This document shows positions 12,891 to 25,523 of a stretch of DNA of 64,000 nucleotides, one piece after another. The stretch's first letter is position 1, and every line of letters begins with the position of its first letter. The stretch is from Dimorphilus gyrociliatus. Its lineage: Eukaryota; Animalia; Annelida. Position numbers and translations under genes: made by a program. The stretch lies in the NCBI GenBank assembly GCA_904063045.1, contig CAJFCJ010000005.1, positions 759,988 through 823,987 of the forward strand, written 5' to 3'. Under the pieces are notes generated by a model. That model searched no databases. It saw nothing but the letters and a program-made list of their open reading frames with translations, and was not told the DNA's origin.

Positions 12891-15814
12891 CGGGGTAGGG
12901 AGGGAGGCGGAAAGGGAAAGGTTTATCAAGGTGAATAGATTACGTTTTATATAAAAAAAATTCGATATAGTGTATACTATTGTATATAAATTTTAATTAT
13001 TCCATCCAGTCACACTTCTTCAACTGCTTAACAATAAAGACAGTTACAATGTTCATTTCTTCTATTAAATTTACTGCAATTAGCAAAAAACAAGAAAGCA
13101 AAAAAAGAAAAACCTAAGAGAGAAACTAGCTATTTATGACATACAATTGTCTTTCAAGTGAATTGTAGACCTACAACACTTTCAAGATTTATACAATTAA
13201 TCAATGTATATTAGCTGATTTATTTCTCTGTGCATTTGGTCGATTTTTGTCTGATTCTGCTGCCCTTCTCCTTACAAATACAGCATATATACTAATATAT
13301 ATATATATGTGCAGTTGATAGAACAACACTAAAACGTGTGATGCTAAAGTACTTTCCTCTTACTTTTGACATTTTGAACTATATATTAGATTTATATTGG
13401 GAGTATTTATTAGGGTCAGAAGGTGATATATTAGAGACACTTTTGCGGCTAATAATTTACACTAGTCATTGATATTTTTAGATTCTTACACAAAAAAATG
13501 ATAAGTTGTATTATTAAAAGTTTAGCACAGTTGCCTATAATACAAAAGTGATTAGTAAATTGTTGATTAAAATCGATACAACGTAATTAATTTTAGCATT
13601 TCTAACTGTTCTTGTTAATTACAATGTATTTAAAAGGGTTGAAAAATACTATTACAAAAAAAATAGTAGCCCAATAATTTTACTAGTAAAATCAACCGTT
13701 CGTATTGTACATATGGTGGAATAGAGTTCCTAACTATAGCGATCCGTCTATATTCATATTGATCAAGAGTCACTAGCGTCTAATATATTTTTCTCATTGG
13801 TTCCACATCAGTTATCAGAGATCATTTAACAGTCTTGGGAATATCTGTCTTTTCTATACTTGTTAAATAATTCTACGTAGAATTTGACAACATTTCCCCC
13901 TTTCCTCTTGCCTCTTTTGTGCTCTTCTTCTCTCCCAGCCTGATTTTCACATTAATCGTTTTCCTTTCACTACCCTACATCACCAGGCCTGTATTCTACA
14001 CCCTCGTTTCCTCTTGCCCTGTCCCTGTCAACAAACTACGGCCACGCCCCCTCTCCTTTTTTTTTCTTTTCTCTGGGTGTATGTCCCCCTATCTTCAAGT
14101 AAATCTGACTTTTTCTCTCGCTATCTTCCCTATATCGTATTTTATATCTGGCCTTTATCTATCTTAAGGCAGCGTAAAGCGAAGCTTTATTTTATAATAT
14201 ATCGAAATATACTAATATTTTTGTAACATATGTCAACTTTTTGAATAATTTAAAGAGTAATTGAGTTATTTATCATACTTTTGTCCATTATGTTAATCTA
14301 GCAAATTATTAAATATCAAATAATCAAATACCATCATATGATCAAAAAGAGATAAGGCGAGTGAATACTCTTTGGATTAATGGGAGAGAAAATTTATTAC
14401 ATCGATAACAAAAATTGTTTTATCTCTACCTTTTCGTTGTTAAATAATAGCATGGAGGTGAAAGTTATCGAGATTTGTGTAGATTTTTTCTCTTCTTCCG
14501 CCCCTTTCCGTTTACTTGCCTTCTTCTCCTTCCCTCTTCTCTTTTTTATCCGAAAAGGAAATCGCAGAGGAAGAGGGAAAGAAGACGGTAAATTGTTTTG
14601 GGAAACACGAAAAACAAAAGTGAAAAATCGATTGAGAAGAATCGATCTATTAGTTTGAGCACGCTATGCCATAAAAGCGCTGAATGTTTATCACTCTTGT
14701 GTATTTTTTCGTCAATACAAACAATTAAAAGTATATTGTTAATTTGTGAATAAGAAATCGTTACCTAACTGATTTATTAAAAAGTTATGATTTAAATTAT
14801 GAAAATTCTTCATAGGATATACAGTATATATATATAGAGTTTATAGATATGTCTATGAATACGTGTGTTCTATAGACAGAGTCGTTCAATAGCGTTTAAG
14901 AAAAATGGATTAAAGAGGAGAAAAAAAAGACCATAGCGTATACTTTTAAAACGCTACAACGCTTGGTTATATATTTTCAAAGTAACTAAATTCTTTTCTT
15001 GACAATTAAGCAACATAAATCTCAAATTAAAAACACAAAAATGAAGAAATCAATAAATAACAACACCTCATTTAACTTTGACGTCAATTTAGAATAGTTA
15101 AATATTTTATAACCATTCTCCAAATTGCCCTAATTAGTGGTGGGTAAATTCAATACAAAAAGCCTCCTACCGATCAATCTTGTATCACACACAAAGCGAT
15201 AAACAATAAAAAAAAAAAACAGTCGATACAGAAATTATAGAATGTTTCTGTACTTATTGTAAACAAACAAAACAGCTTCTCTTTAAACAAGGAAAAATTC
15301 TTCTGAAAACTCTCTAAAATAACGACAACTCCGACGATCTTCATCAATTATTCAAAGATTTACTCGGCGCTTAAGAGACGCTGATAGGGCTAATTTTGGC
15401 GTCTAGACCAGAAGCGCCTGGATCTCACCCTACCCCTTTCATCCTTTTTATTTATTATTTGTTTTATTCTTTTATTCAACTATACGTAGACGCCATTATT
15501 CGTCTATAATAAGGATTAATGTAATAATTGTACAAAATTCCGGTCTATTTATTTCAAAAGATCCGCAGAAGATTAATAACGTTTTTATAATATCCTTTTA
15601 AAGGGAAAGACATTGCCTTTCTACCTTAATTAACGGAGCGTAAGAAAATTATAGACCGATTATTCCAAAGAAGCGGTTAATTAAGGTTTTAAAAGAACAT
15701 AAAGTGAAATTATTTTTCATACGAATCAGTTATTGTTTCATATAAAAAAAAATCTCTTGTTCTCCTCGCTAACTATAGATATGTAAAAATTAATTTCAAG
15801 GGACTCATCTTTCC

Positions 15815-15900
15815 TTCTCTTCCTCCTCCTCCTCCTCCTCCTCCTCCGCCTCTTCTTCTTCTTTTTCTTCTTCTCCTTCTTCTTCTTCTTATTCTTCTGC
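15815..15900. repeat. (CCT)n/(CTT)n compound trinucleotide repeat
   Basis: Polypyrimidine triplet tract; explains the poly-K/R ORF 15738-16007. Confidence 0.9.
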
Positions 15901-16684
15901 CTCTTGTACTTCAAATTTTCCCTCTCCTGTCCGTCTCTTTCTATGCCTAACCCCAACACCTCTTTCTCTCTCTTTTCGTCATTAAAAAAGTGCACTGTCA
16001 AAACCACTTTTCATCATTTCCCAACAATTTTTCTGACATTTTGCTGGAGCGCTCACTTTTTTGCAAATAGTTCTGCTATTAGGGCAATAAGGGTCAAAAA
16101 CCTTCGAGACATTGCATTGCCAGATAATATGAGACTGGGGACAGAACGAAGAAAGGCTGCCAAGTAGAAAATATAATCTTTGTCAAAGAGTGAGAGGAAT
16201 GAGAAATGGGCAAGAAAATGGGGAGAGAGTATCACGAAAAGGGTTATTCTTATTATCTAAAGCTCTTTAGCATATAGCCATGTCCCTTCTAAAGACAAGA
16301 GACTGAAAATACTATTTGAACATCACTCAGACCGGAAAAACCAATTAGGGTCAATATTGTGTAAAATATGTTTAGAATGGTTAAGGAGACAGACAAGTAG
16401 AGTGGGATCGGCTAAGAGAAAGAATTGTATCTCAAAGTTTGTCAATTACTCAACTGTCCCTGACCTATTTTTAAACGTCATTTTTCTATTCCCTTTACTT
16501 ACTAAACAACTACTATTAGGAAAAGGGCGAGTTCAGGAATTGATCGTCACCCGTGGCCTTTTCCTTGCCGCAGGTGTTGGATATGGGCTCCTTATGAATA
16601 TTGATAGAGGTCAGCTAGCAACCAATCACCTTCCGATTCATCTTGTTTGCTCATAAAGCAAACTCTATAAACAATAGGTGCTCA

Positions 16685-16959
16685 TGACGTCACTGTGCGA
16701 CGCCGTTGCTTAGGGCAACAATATGTATAAACGCCTCCTCGGACTACCTGACTTTAGTCGAGAGTTGTTTCCATAGTAACACCCCGGCAGTATGTCAGAC
16801 ATTTAAAAAAAACTCTGCAGTTTGTCATGACTGCTTAGAATCGATAAACGGAGAAGGCCGTCTGTTTTACTCAAAATCGTTAAATCGATTTCTGCTCTTT
16901 TTTTTCAGGGCGTCTCTTTTTTCCTGTCTGATAAAGCGATCGATAGCGACAGATGGCGC
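16685..16959. promoter_or_regulatory. Intronic CRE + two RFX X-boxes + CTCF-like site
   Basis: TGACGTCA 16685; GTTGCTTAGGGCAAC 16705; GTTTCCATAGTAAC 16767; AGATGGCGC 16951. Confidence 0.4.
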
Positions 16960-18752
16960 TATCAAAAAATTACGGATGTACTAGGTTGCAGTTGTGCCCC
17001 GACAATCAATTGAGCTAACTTTTGATTTAGATACAAAACATTTCCCTACTCTTTTCTCTTAAAAGGAGGGATAGTATTGTTTTAAATAGGCCTAGACTAT
17101 TAATTTCGAGGCAATATCGGATGCTTCATAAGCCGCTTATTGGTTGGCGGCTAATGTAATTACTAATTTTCGCGTGTAATTATCTTCTGGTAGGCGACAG
17201 AAATTTTCGCACAAGGAACAGTTTTCTTATTGACTTATCTCCGACAGGATCAGAACGTAGATATTTGAGAAACGGTCTGAAAAAGTTTGTTGCAGAGGTT
17301 CCCAATCGAATTTCATAGCAAACATTGCAGTATATAAAAAAAATTAATCTAACGAAAAAAAACTAGGGTGTTTTTTTTTCCCTTTTCTCCCCTCTCCCTT
17401 TTTTTTTTTTTATCTTTCCGAAGATTATTCCTGTTATCAGCTGTCAACTTGGTTGACTTTCTTGTACTCGTATACAAATTGAGGAGAGAGCGAGACAGTT
17501 CGGTGTTGGTTTAAGATACTTGACATCGGAGGAGGTTCCAGATTAGTGAGGAGAGAAGAAGAAAGAAAATAAATAGAGAATAGCGGCCGTCTTTGTTATA
17601 CATTGTAAATATATGAATATGTTTAACAGAAAGAAATTACTTATGGCGTCTGTAATGAAATATGGAAGAAAAGGATAGAAAAGTCGAAAAAAATTAGAAG
17701 CAGCCAAGAAACTTTTGTATTATGTTTCAAGCTTCAAAGAGTAGAATGAAACTCTTCTAAGAATGCATTTTCATTCTATTTTTTCTACAATGGCCGCTCT
17801 TTTCCAAAACACTCAATTCTACTAAATATTAATAGAGTTAGAGTAAAATAAACAAAATACATAATTTATGAATTATTATAATATTATTACTGTTATTATT
17901 ACTTCTGATAATAAGTAACAAAATAAAATGCATTAAAGGAAATTAAATAGTCGAGTTTTTTCCTCTCGCTTTTAAGTTTCCCCCTCTTCTCTCTATTCTA
18001 AACGGAACTTGGATTAAAGAAAAATAAAAGGGAAAAAGAAAGGTAGCGTTGATAAGAAAATAGAATTTAGGTGAAGAAATTTTAATTTGACATTTACTTA
18101 AACTAAATTGATACGTTCCTTAAAAGCAGCTGCAAACTTTTTCTAACTGTTGGACGTTTGCAGACAAATTGTTTATAAACCAAACAGGTGAGAACGTATT
18201 CATTTCACACGTTCTAGTTTTACCTACCGCGAAGCCACTGTAAAACCGCAAAAATCGGCTTCCTAATGCAAAGAAAACAGACAGCAAAATTACAGTGACT
18301 GACCTTTCGGGACAAAAGTCAGACTCTAATGTAAACAAACGAAATTACTAATTTCCCGCCGTTTTTAAGCCTGGTGGAATCCGGCTGTGTAATTGTAAAG
18401 ATAAACAAGTTTTGGCAGAAGAAAAGCTTAATGACTAATTAAACATCAGACAGGAAATATTATGATGATTCAGCAGGTTATTGAACCCATAAAAAAAGTT
18501 CTAAATATAGATCATTTTCCAGAATGTTATTTAACACAGAGGCAATTCAGTCGAAAATTTCCAGTCTAACAATTTTTGTTATGAAACTCCTAGAAGGTAA
18601 TTAACTGCAAAAATGCAAACAACCGACTTTATATTATGTTATATATAAATCTTTTAAAAAGGTAAATTGAGCGAAAAAAGTCTTCTTCCATAATATTTTT
18701 CTTTATCTCTCTAGCCTGTTTTTTATTTTAATACGAAAAGGTGTTTTTCCCG

Positions 18753-18783
<31 letters not shown>

Positions 18784-21038
18784 CTTTCTTTTCTTGCCTT
18801 TTCTCTGCATCTTTTATAAGCATGCAACAGCATAAATAGAGATACGCTAGCATGCATTGCACTCTTTATTTTATTCTTTTCCGCCTTTCTTCAATTTTTT
18901 TACTCTCCTTGTTCTTTTTAAACTTGCCATCTGCCAAAATTCCTCTATTCTAAAAAGCCTTATTAGAACTTTGCTTTTAATCTATGAAGAACAGACTTTC
19001 ATCAAAAAAAAACAGTCTGCATATATAAATAACATACAGCAATGTGATAATGCGGCAAAGGTTTCCCAGATATGCAGAAACCGATTACTGTAAAGCAACC
19101 GCAAAGTAGATCAACTTTTTTTCTTTTCCTTTTTTTTTTATAAAGATAAAAATCAGCAAGGAAAATGATCGTTGCACGCAGAATGCAAGCAGTTAGGGAT
19201 AAAAATATCGGAATATATGAATATTTTATCAGACTCGTTACGTTTACTGAACAATATAGGACGAATTAATTAAATTATTCTCAAATTCTCCCTTCGATTG
19301 TTCTGATTAAAGAACACTCTTGTAGATGGAATTTAAAGTATTTCCTCTTCAACTGCAAAATGGAATCGCTACAATCAAAGCTTTACTACGTCTCCTTCTT
19401 AAATTTCTATTTAAAATAGCATTAGATAGTTCAACTCTTATACTATTAGTAAATCTTTTAAACATCTTCCATTTGAATAGTTTCTGTCGTAAGTCAAGAG
19501 GAGATTTTGTAAGTGATTTCGGTGTATATCTTTGGATAAAACAGAAGCAAACCGCATGTGTAGAAATGGAAAATACTCGTAGTTTGTTAAAATTTTCAAC
19601 CGACTATTGCTTTTAATAAAAACGACTGCAGACGTAAACAACCTGAGAATCTTTTCAGTAGGGAATTTTCTCTTTTGTAGACACGTGCTTCGCAGAGTAG
19701 TAAATCCGTTGCAGTTGTACTGCAATCTATCAGCGATCGGTTAGCGGCTAAGAGTGAGACCGTGTCAAAATCGAATTTTTCAAGTGTAAAATTGATTTAT
19801 TGCGTAATAATCCTTTCACGCTGTTTTGCAGCTAATTCGATTTTCAGCGTAGATGAGTTGCAGATTTCTGCGTGGGTTGAATAAGCCCAGCATCTTATTC
19901 TTTTCCGTCATCTTTTCAATAATGAGTGATATATTTAAGTCGGAATTCTAAAAATGACTTAGAAGCCATACTTGTTTTTTTTTTAATAAAAAAACGTGCG
20001 TTATTAAAGTAACTGTAGAAGAAGTTTTCGAGAGTTAAGGATATCCCTTTTTGCATTATACAACCATAACAATAGAGGATAATCGATTTTCTCCCTACTT
20101 TTCCCGCTCTTTTTCGTCACTTCTTAAACACTTTTATTAAGTTCTTCCCTTTTTTTCCCCTCTCTTCTCATCTTTTTCTTTTTATTTTACTTCTTAAGTC
20201 GAACTCTCGAACTCTATCCTCTTCATACAACTTTCACTCTTTTTACCATCTCAAAGAAATGTAACGTTTTTCCTCAATAGATGCTCATTTGTAACTCACA
20301 CAGGTCTTCATGACTTGCTACTATACTACTAAAAAGTTTACAGAGTGCAGGCCTATAATTTATTGCTGATATTTATTTATATTTATTCATATAGTTTACT
20401 TGCTTAGGAATTCGGTAAGGTACGCTACGAACCTGAATTGAGCATGGTAAACCTTTCCGACTTTCCCATGATCATTAAGTTGTAATATGATTTTAACTTG
20501 ATAACGAACTCTTCACCAATAGATAATATAAAAACATATCCTAGAATTCTAGCTGAGCATTTTGCTCCTAATTACATAAACAACACTTTCAAAGTTATAA
20601 ATCGCATAATCCATTGGGATTAACTTAAATATTTATATACTCTATATAAGGAAGACGGTTTTCTCTTACATTTGTTCCTGCTGTCATCATTATTCGCTTT
20701 GATTTGGCAATGGAGGCAAAGAAAAGTCGTTTTATTAAACGAGCCAGGAATCGAATATTGATTATTGCTATTATAACTCCGCCTTTCGTCGCTCCTAGGG
20801 ATTAGTGCTAATTAAAGCGCAAAAATCTGCTTTTGTCTCTAGGTTCGAAGAACTTTTGTATAGAAACGAAAAAGTATAACTAATTAGTATCAAGGTTATT
20901 CACCTCATCTCTCCCAAGATGGATTAAAAGTGCTTAATTAATATGGAAAATCGGGATTTCGTCTATTTTGGCTGGAGAATAAGAACAAAAAAAAATAAAA
21001 GAAATAACAATGACATATCAAGGTAAGAATTGACTAAT

Positions 21039-21071
<33 letters not shown>

Positions 21072-21613
21072 TAAAACACAAACAGCACGAACGCGCATAG
21101 AGATTGTTGGATAGCCTACACAAGAATAAGGAGGAGGAAATGTTTATATCTCCCCTATTGGGAAGTTGACTAAAAGGAACCAAGATTTGAATCCTTTCTA
21201 TTGTAGTATTGGGAATAGTGTAGAGTGACAGAGAATGATTACTGTGAGAAGTAATGATAATACCCAGATCAGAGATAAGAGCAGTCTGTGTGGATTTCTG
21301 AAATATTATACGCTTGGAGCATCGTCCATTTTGAATTTAATTTCCGGCATGTGCCATCTAAAAAAATTAATAAAGCAGAATACTTTTGGATAATAAAAAA
21401 AAAAGACTTTGACTAGAGAGAAGTATTGAACACCTCTCCGGCTTACAAGTTATCATTCATGCCCCCTATTTCATATCAGATTTCAATGCAACACAGATGT
21501 AGCCTCTCTTGTTTTTATCCAATATTTCTTTCTTTTCAATTTCTCAATATTATTAAATAAATTCCTTAGAGTCGTCTTGGAGACGCCGTTGTATTCATGA
21601 TTAGAATATATAT

Positions 21614-21650
<37 letters not shown>

Positions 21651-21820
21651 TTTTCCTCTATTCCAAACAAAATAAATAAAGTTGCACAAGTACTTTACTA
21701 AGCATTAATATTATGCATCGTAGTTACTTCTTTAATTATCAAATGCAGCCTATATCTGCTATATTTATGGAGATCGAATCGAAAATTTTTCATTTATCAT
21801 CCTTTATTCATTATATCTAT

Positions 21821-21855
<35 letters not shown>

Positions 21856-24679
21856 TATATATATATATACGATCTGTGCACAATGTAGGCAGTGTATACA
21901 AACTTTTTACGATATCTGTTGCATTTTTCCTTTATGTTTACAAAATACTCCCCCCTTTATGTTTCTATATACCTCTGTAATTGTTTATAATGCTCTAAAA
22001 TGTGCCTCTATAGATAGGAGAATAAATATGCCACAGCACCTTTATTTACCTGCTTTATACATAGGTATATTCAATTAAGTGTTCTAAATGTCATCAAAAC
22101 AACAACCAGTTATCTTTCCTTATTTTTTTTATTTGATATTTCCTATCGATTTCGCTACAGTCAACTCTAGGCCTAAGTATATAAAAAAATCCTGCAAAAC
22201 TGCAAACACCGACTCAATAAATTTCCTGTCACCTTGACAACTCGCCATCAAACCAATAAACAATACGACAAAAAATATTAATTGCAATAAAACTGCCGAC
22301 TTTGCCTCTGCAAATATGAAAAATAGCGTTTTTATTCAACTAGTATATTACGGAGAAGAAAAAAAAATCGATTTACGCATTATACACAACAGCAAAAATT
22401 ATCCAGACTCATTTTTCCCGCGTTTTTTTTTCTTTTAGATTTTTTTTTAATTTCTTTTTTTTATTCTAAAAATAAACAAAACAAACTGAATCTTTTGCCT
22501 CAACATAATTTTCTTTCTTAATTATTTAACAAACCCCGAAAGTGTGATTGTTTTTTTTATTACCGCTAAAAGGGACGCTTTAGAGCAGTAGAAAGGCGTT
22601 TATTTAGCGGGCCTTTTTTTTTCAATGTAATTTTACTTCTAACCTGGGAATTTTTGGGTGAATATTTAAAGTGAAAGATGAAGTGATCTGGGAATGGAAA
22701 AAATCGATAGATAAACAAATGGCGTTGTTATTTTTTTTATATTTTTTTATAAGCTTATTTTCCCTTTTCATAATAGTTTTAAAAATCCAGGTGCTGCACA
22801 TACAATCGTATAAATGTGCTTCTTATTAAAAATGAAACTAAACAAAAGGTGGGAAAGAGGGGGGAATGTATTATATTTCATGGCTTTAACTTAATATATC
22901 TTATTCAATTAGGAAAAGTCTGCAAGGGAGGCCCTGTAAAAATATATACGCCTGTAGAACAAACTATTGAGTTGGTCGTTTATTGCATCAATAGTTTTAT
23001 CACAGTGCTGTACCTGATATATTTCATTAACAAAAGGCATCTATCACCTAGCCATAATTTATTAAGAGTAGAAACATCTCACTGACAAACATTATTTTTC
23101 ATTAGCTAAACTGGCAAGTCACAAAAATAATCACATGACCTACATCACGTGTTGCTCGTAAAGAAAAGGCTAATGGACATCAATTTCAATCGAATGGCTT
23201 TTCAGTTTTCTCAGTAATTAGAGCTATTTGTCTAAGTTCTGATTTTAAAAAAAGTAGAGTGAATGGAAAAGAAAGAGAGATGAATTGAGTGAGAAAGCAA
23301 AAGCAAAGGAGTATATGATAGAGCAGACTTAGCTGCACTCATGCTAAATATACTTAAATGTTAGATAATATATGATTGTATAACTCTCGATAAGCGCTCA
23401 TACAGTATGTATACGCAGTATTCACATGCGGTATACTTTATATGCAATATAGAGAGCATCTGAATATTGCAGAGCAAAGATAAAAGCATACAATAAATAT
23501 AAAAGGCTACAACGAGAGAGAGACAGAGAGATGATGATGAGGGATGGAGGTTGAGAAGGCGAGAGAGAGAAAAAGAGTGAGCCCCTATACAAATTGATAA
23601 ACATAATGACTAGAATCATACGCAACGTAAGAGAAATTAGCCAAAGATAAGAAATTACAATTACTACTTCGCCTCTCATCGTAGAGGGAAACTCTATTAG
23701 AGTGTGGTCTGCGTAGAATAAATAGGCCGTAATAGAGTACCGGATAGTTAAATAATTGCAAATATTTTGACTGGGAAAGCATCAAATTTCTGTGAAAATA
23801 ATCTACTCATACTTCATTTGTAAGAATAAGCTGACTTGTAAAGAAAAAACTAAAAAAGAAATATTCGATTTACAGGCAAAAAACTTGAATTAAACGTCTT
23901 AATAGGACTAGAAAAACGATATATATATGTATGTAAACCTAAGGGAAAAATAGCATTGACAAAAAAAACCAACTAACGTTATTTAGACAAGGGAAAGAGT
24001 AAAGGATGAACAAAGGAAAGCCTTCATCCAAAATTTTAAAACATATACACATGTTTACATTTAGGTAGGTTGTACAATACTTTTATACTAGGTGCAGGTA
24101 AAGTAAGTAACAAATTACTATTATAAAGCATCCTTGTAAAAAGAAAGCCGTTCGTTTTACGGCATTGAGTAGTAAAAGAGCGAAAAAAATAAAGAAAAGG
24201 TAAGGTATGGTAATAGTTGATTATACCAAGACGAGGCAAGCAGGTGTGTAAAGCGCGTCATATTCCGTTGTTGACTAGTAACTGGGTCGACTGTATTTTT
24301 TTTTATTTCTACATGAATAAATAAAGAAGGTGAAAATGGAAAAACAGCCATAAAAGTCACTATGTTCGAATAAATAAATAAAAGAAGAGTAAATAGTACA
24401 CACGTGTATAATGTTATACGAAATCTATACGTTTTCAAGCAAATATACCCTAACTAGTTATTATTTTAGAACAAAGTATAGAATACGTTTAATCCATGGT
24501 TAAGCATTTCAGTATCGGAATGATTTAATGGTAAACATTGGAAATTTTAGTATGCACTGTTCTAGTTTTTATGAATTCTTTAAGCATTCAAGAGCAGATA
24601 AAAATGTAACTTATGGGTAATAATTTCAAAGTAATATACATACTAATATATATGTATATATAATTATTAATAGTATTAC

Positions 24680-24718
<39 letters not shown>
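24680..24718. repeat. (ATT)n microsatellite
   Basis: Perfect ATT run. Confidence 0.95.
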
Positions 24719-25356
24719 GCCCACTGTTAGATATGTATACAAGTGTATATATTTTTAGTTTCGATCAATATGTGCATGCAATGCTACTTCATGAATAATT
24801 AACTAAATTAACATACTTTGAGGGGAAACAAGTAGTCTTAAATGAATTCCCAAACGGAAATCCATAAATTATTTACAAAAAGGAATGTACCGTAATACGT
24901 AAGCTATTTATTAGTGTTAACGCGAGTTTTAACGAAAAACCTATGACTAAAGTGAATAGAACGACTATTGTGTTAATCGTTAGTGCAAAGTGCAGGAGAA
25001 TATCAAATCCAGATCTTATTCATGTTAGGTAGTTGGATTTACTGCAGGCAATGGCTAATTTCTTCTCTTCTTCAACTTTCCCTCACTCACTCACTCACTT
25101 ACTCACTCATTCGTTTCCCAATCTTTCTCTCTCTTTCTTTCTGTTCTTTCTCTGTTCTCTTCCCCTATTCTATTTGTACCTTTTACTATTTGTTCAATAA
25201 CTAATTTTCTGCTTCTCTGTACGCTATCTTTTTTTGTTTTTTCTCCTTTTACTTTTTCTACCTTTCCCTCTCTCTGTCTCTCCCATTTTTGTATGTTTCT
25301 TTCTGTTTCTCTTTATCCATCTCGGCTGTTTTGTCATCTCTCTCATTCTATTTATC

Positions 25357-25357
25357 C

Positions 25358-25401
<44 letters not shown>

Positions 25402-25523
25402 CTCGTCTCTTTTCCTAATCTTGTTCTCCTTTTCCGTTCTCCCTCTCCGTCTCTTTCCCCACTCACCATTCACTCATTCACTCACTCACTCACTCGCTCA
25501 CTCACTCGCTAACTCACTCACTC
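25357..25523. repeat. (ATCT)n followed by (CACT)n tetranucleotide repeats
   Basis: ATCT run 25357-25400 and CACT run about 25470-25523. Confidence 0.92.

Noticed and set aside
15738-16007. Poly-Lys/Arg ORF
   Set aside because: Produced by the CCT/CTT triplet repeat.
16998-17008. 11-nt complement of Shaw micro-exon B (possible editing/splicing duplex)
   Set aside because: Too short, 9 kb away, and it does not extend.
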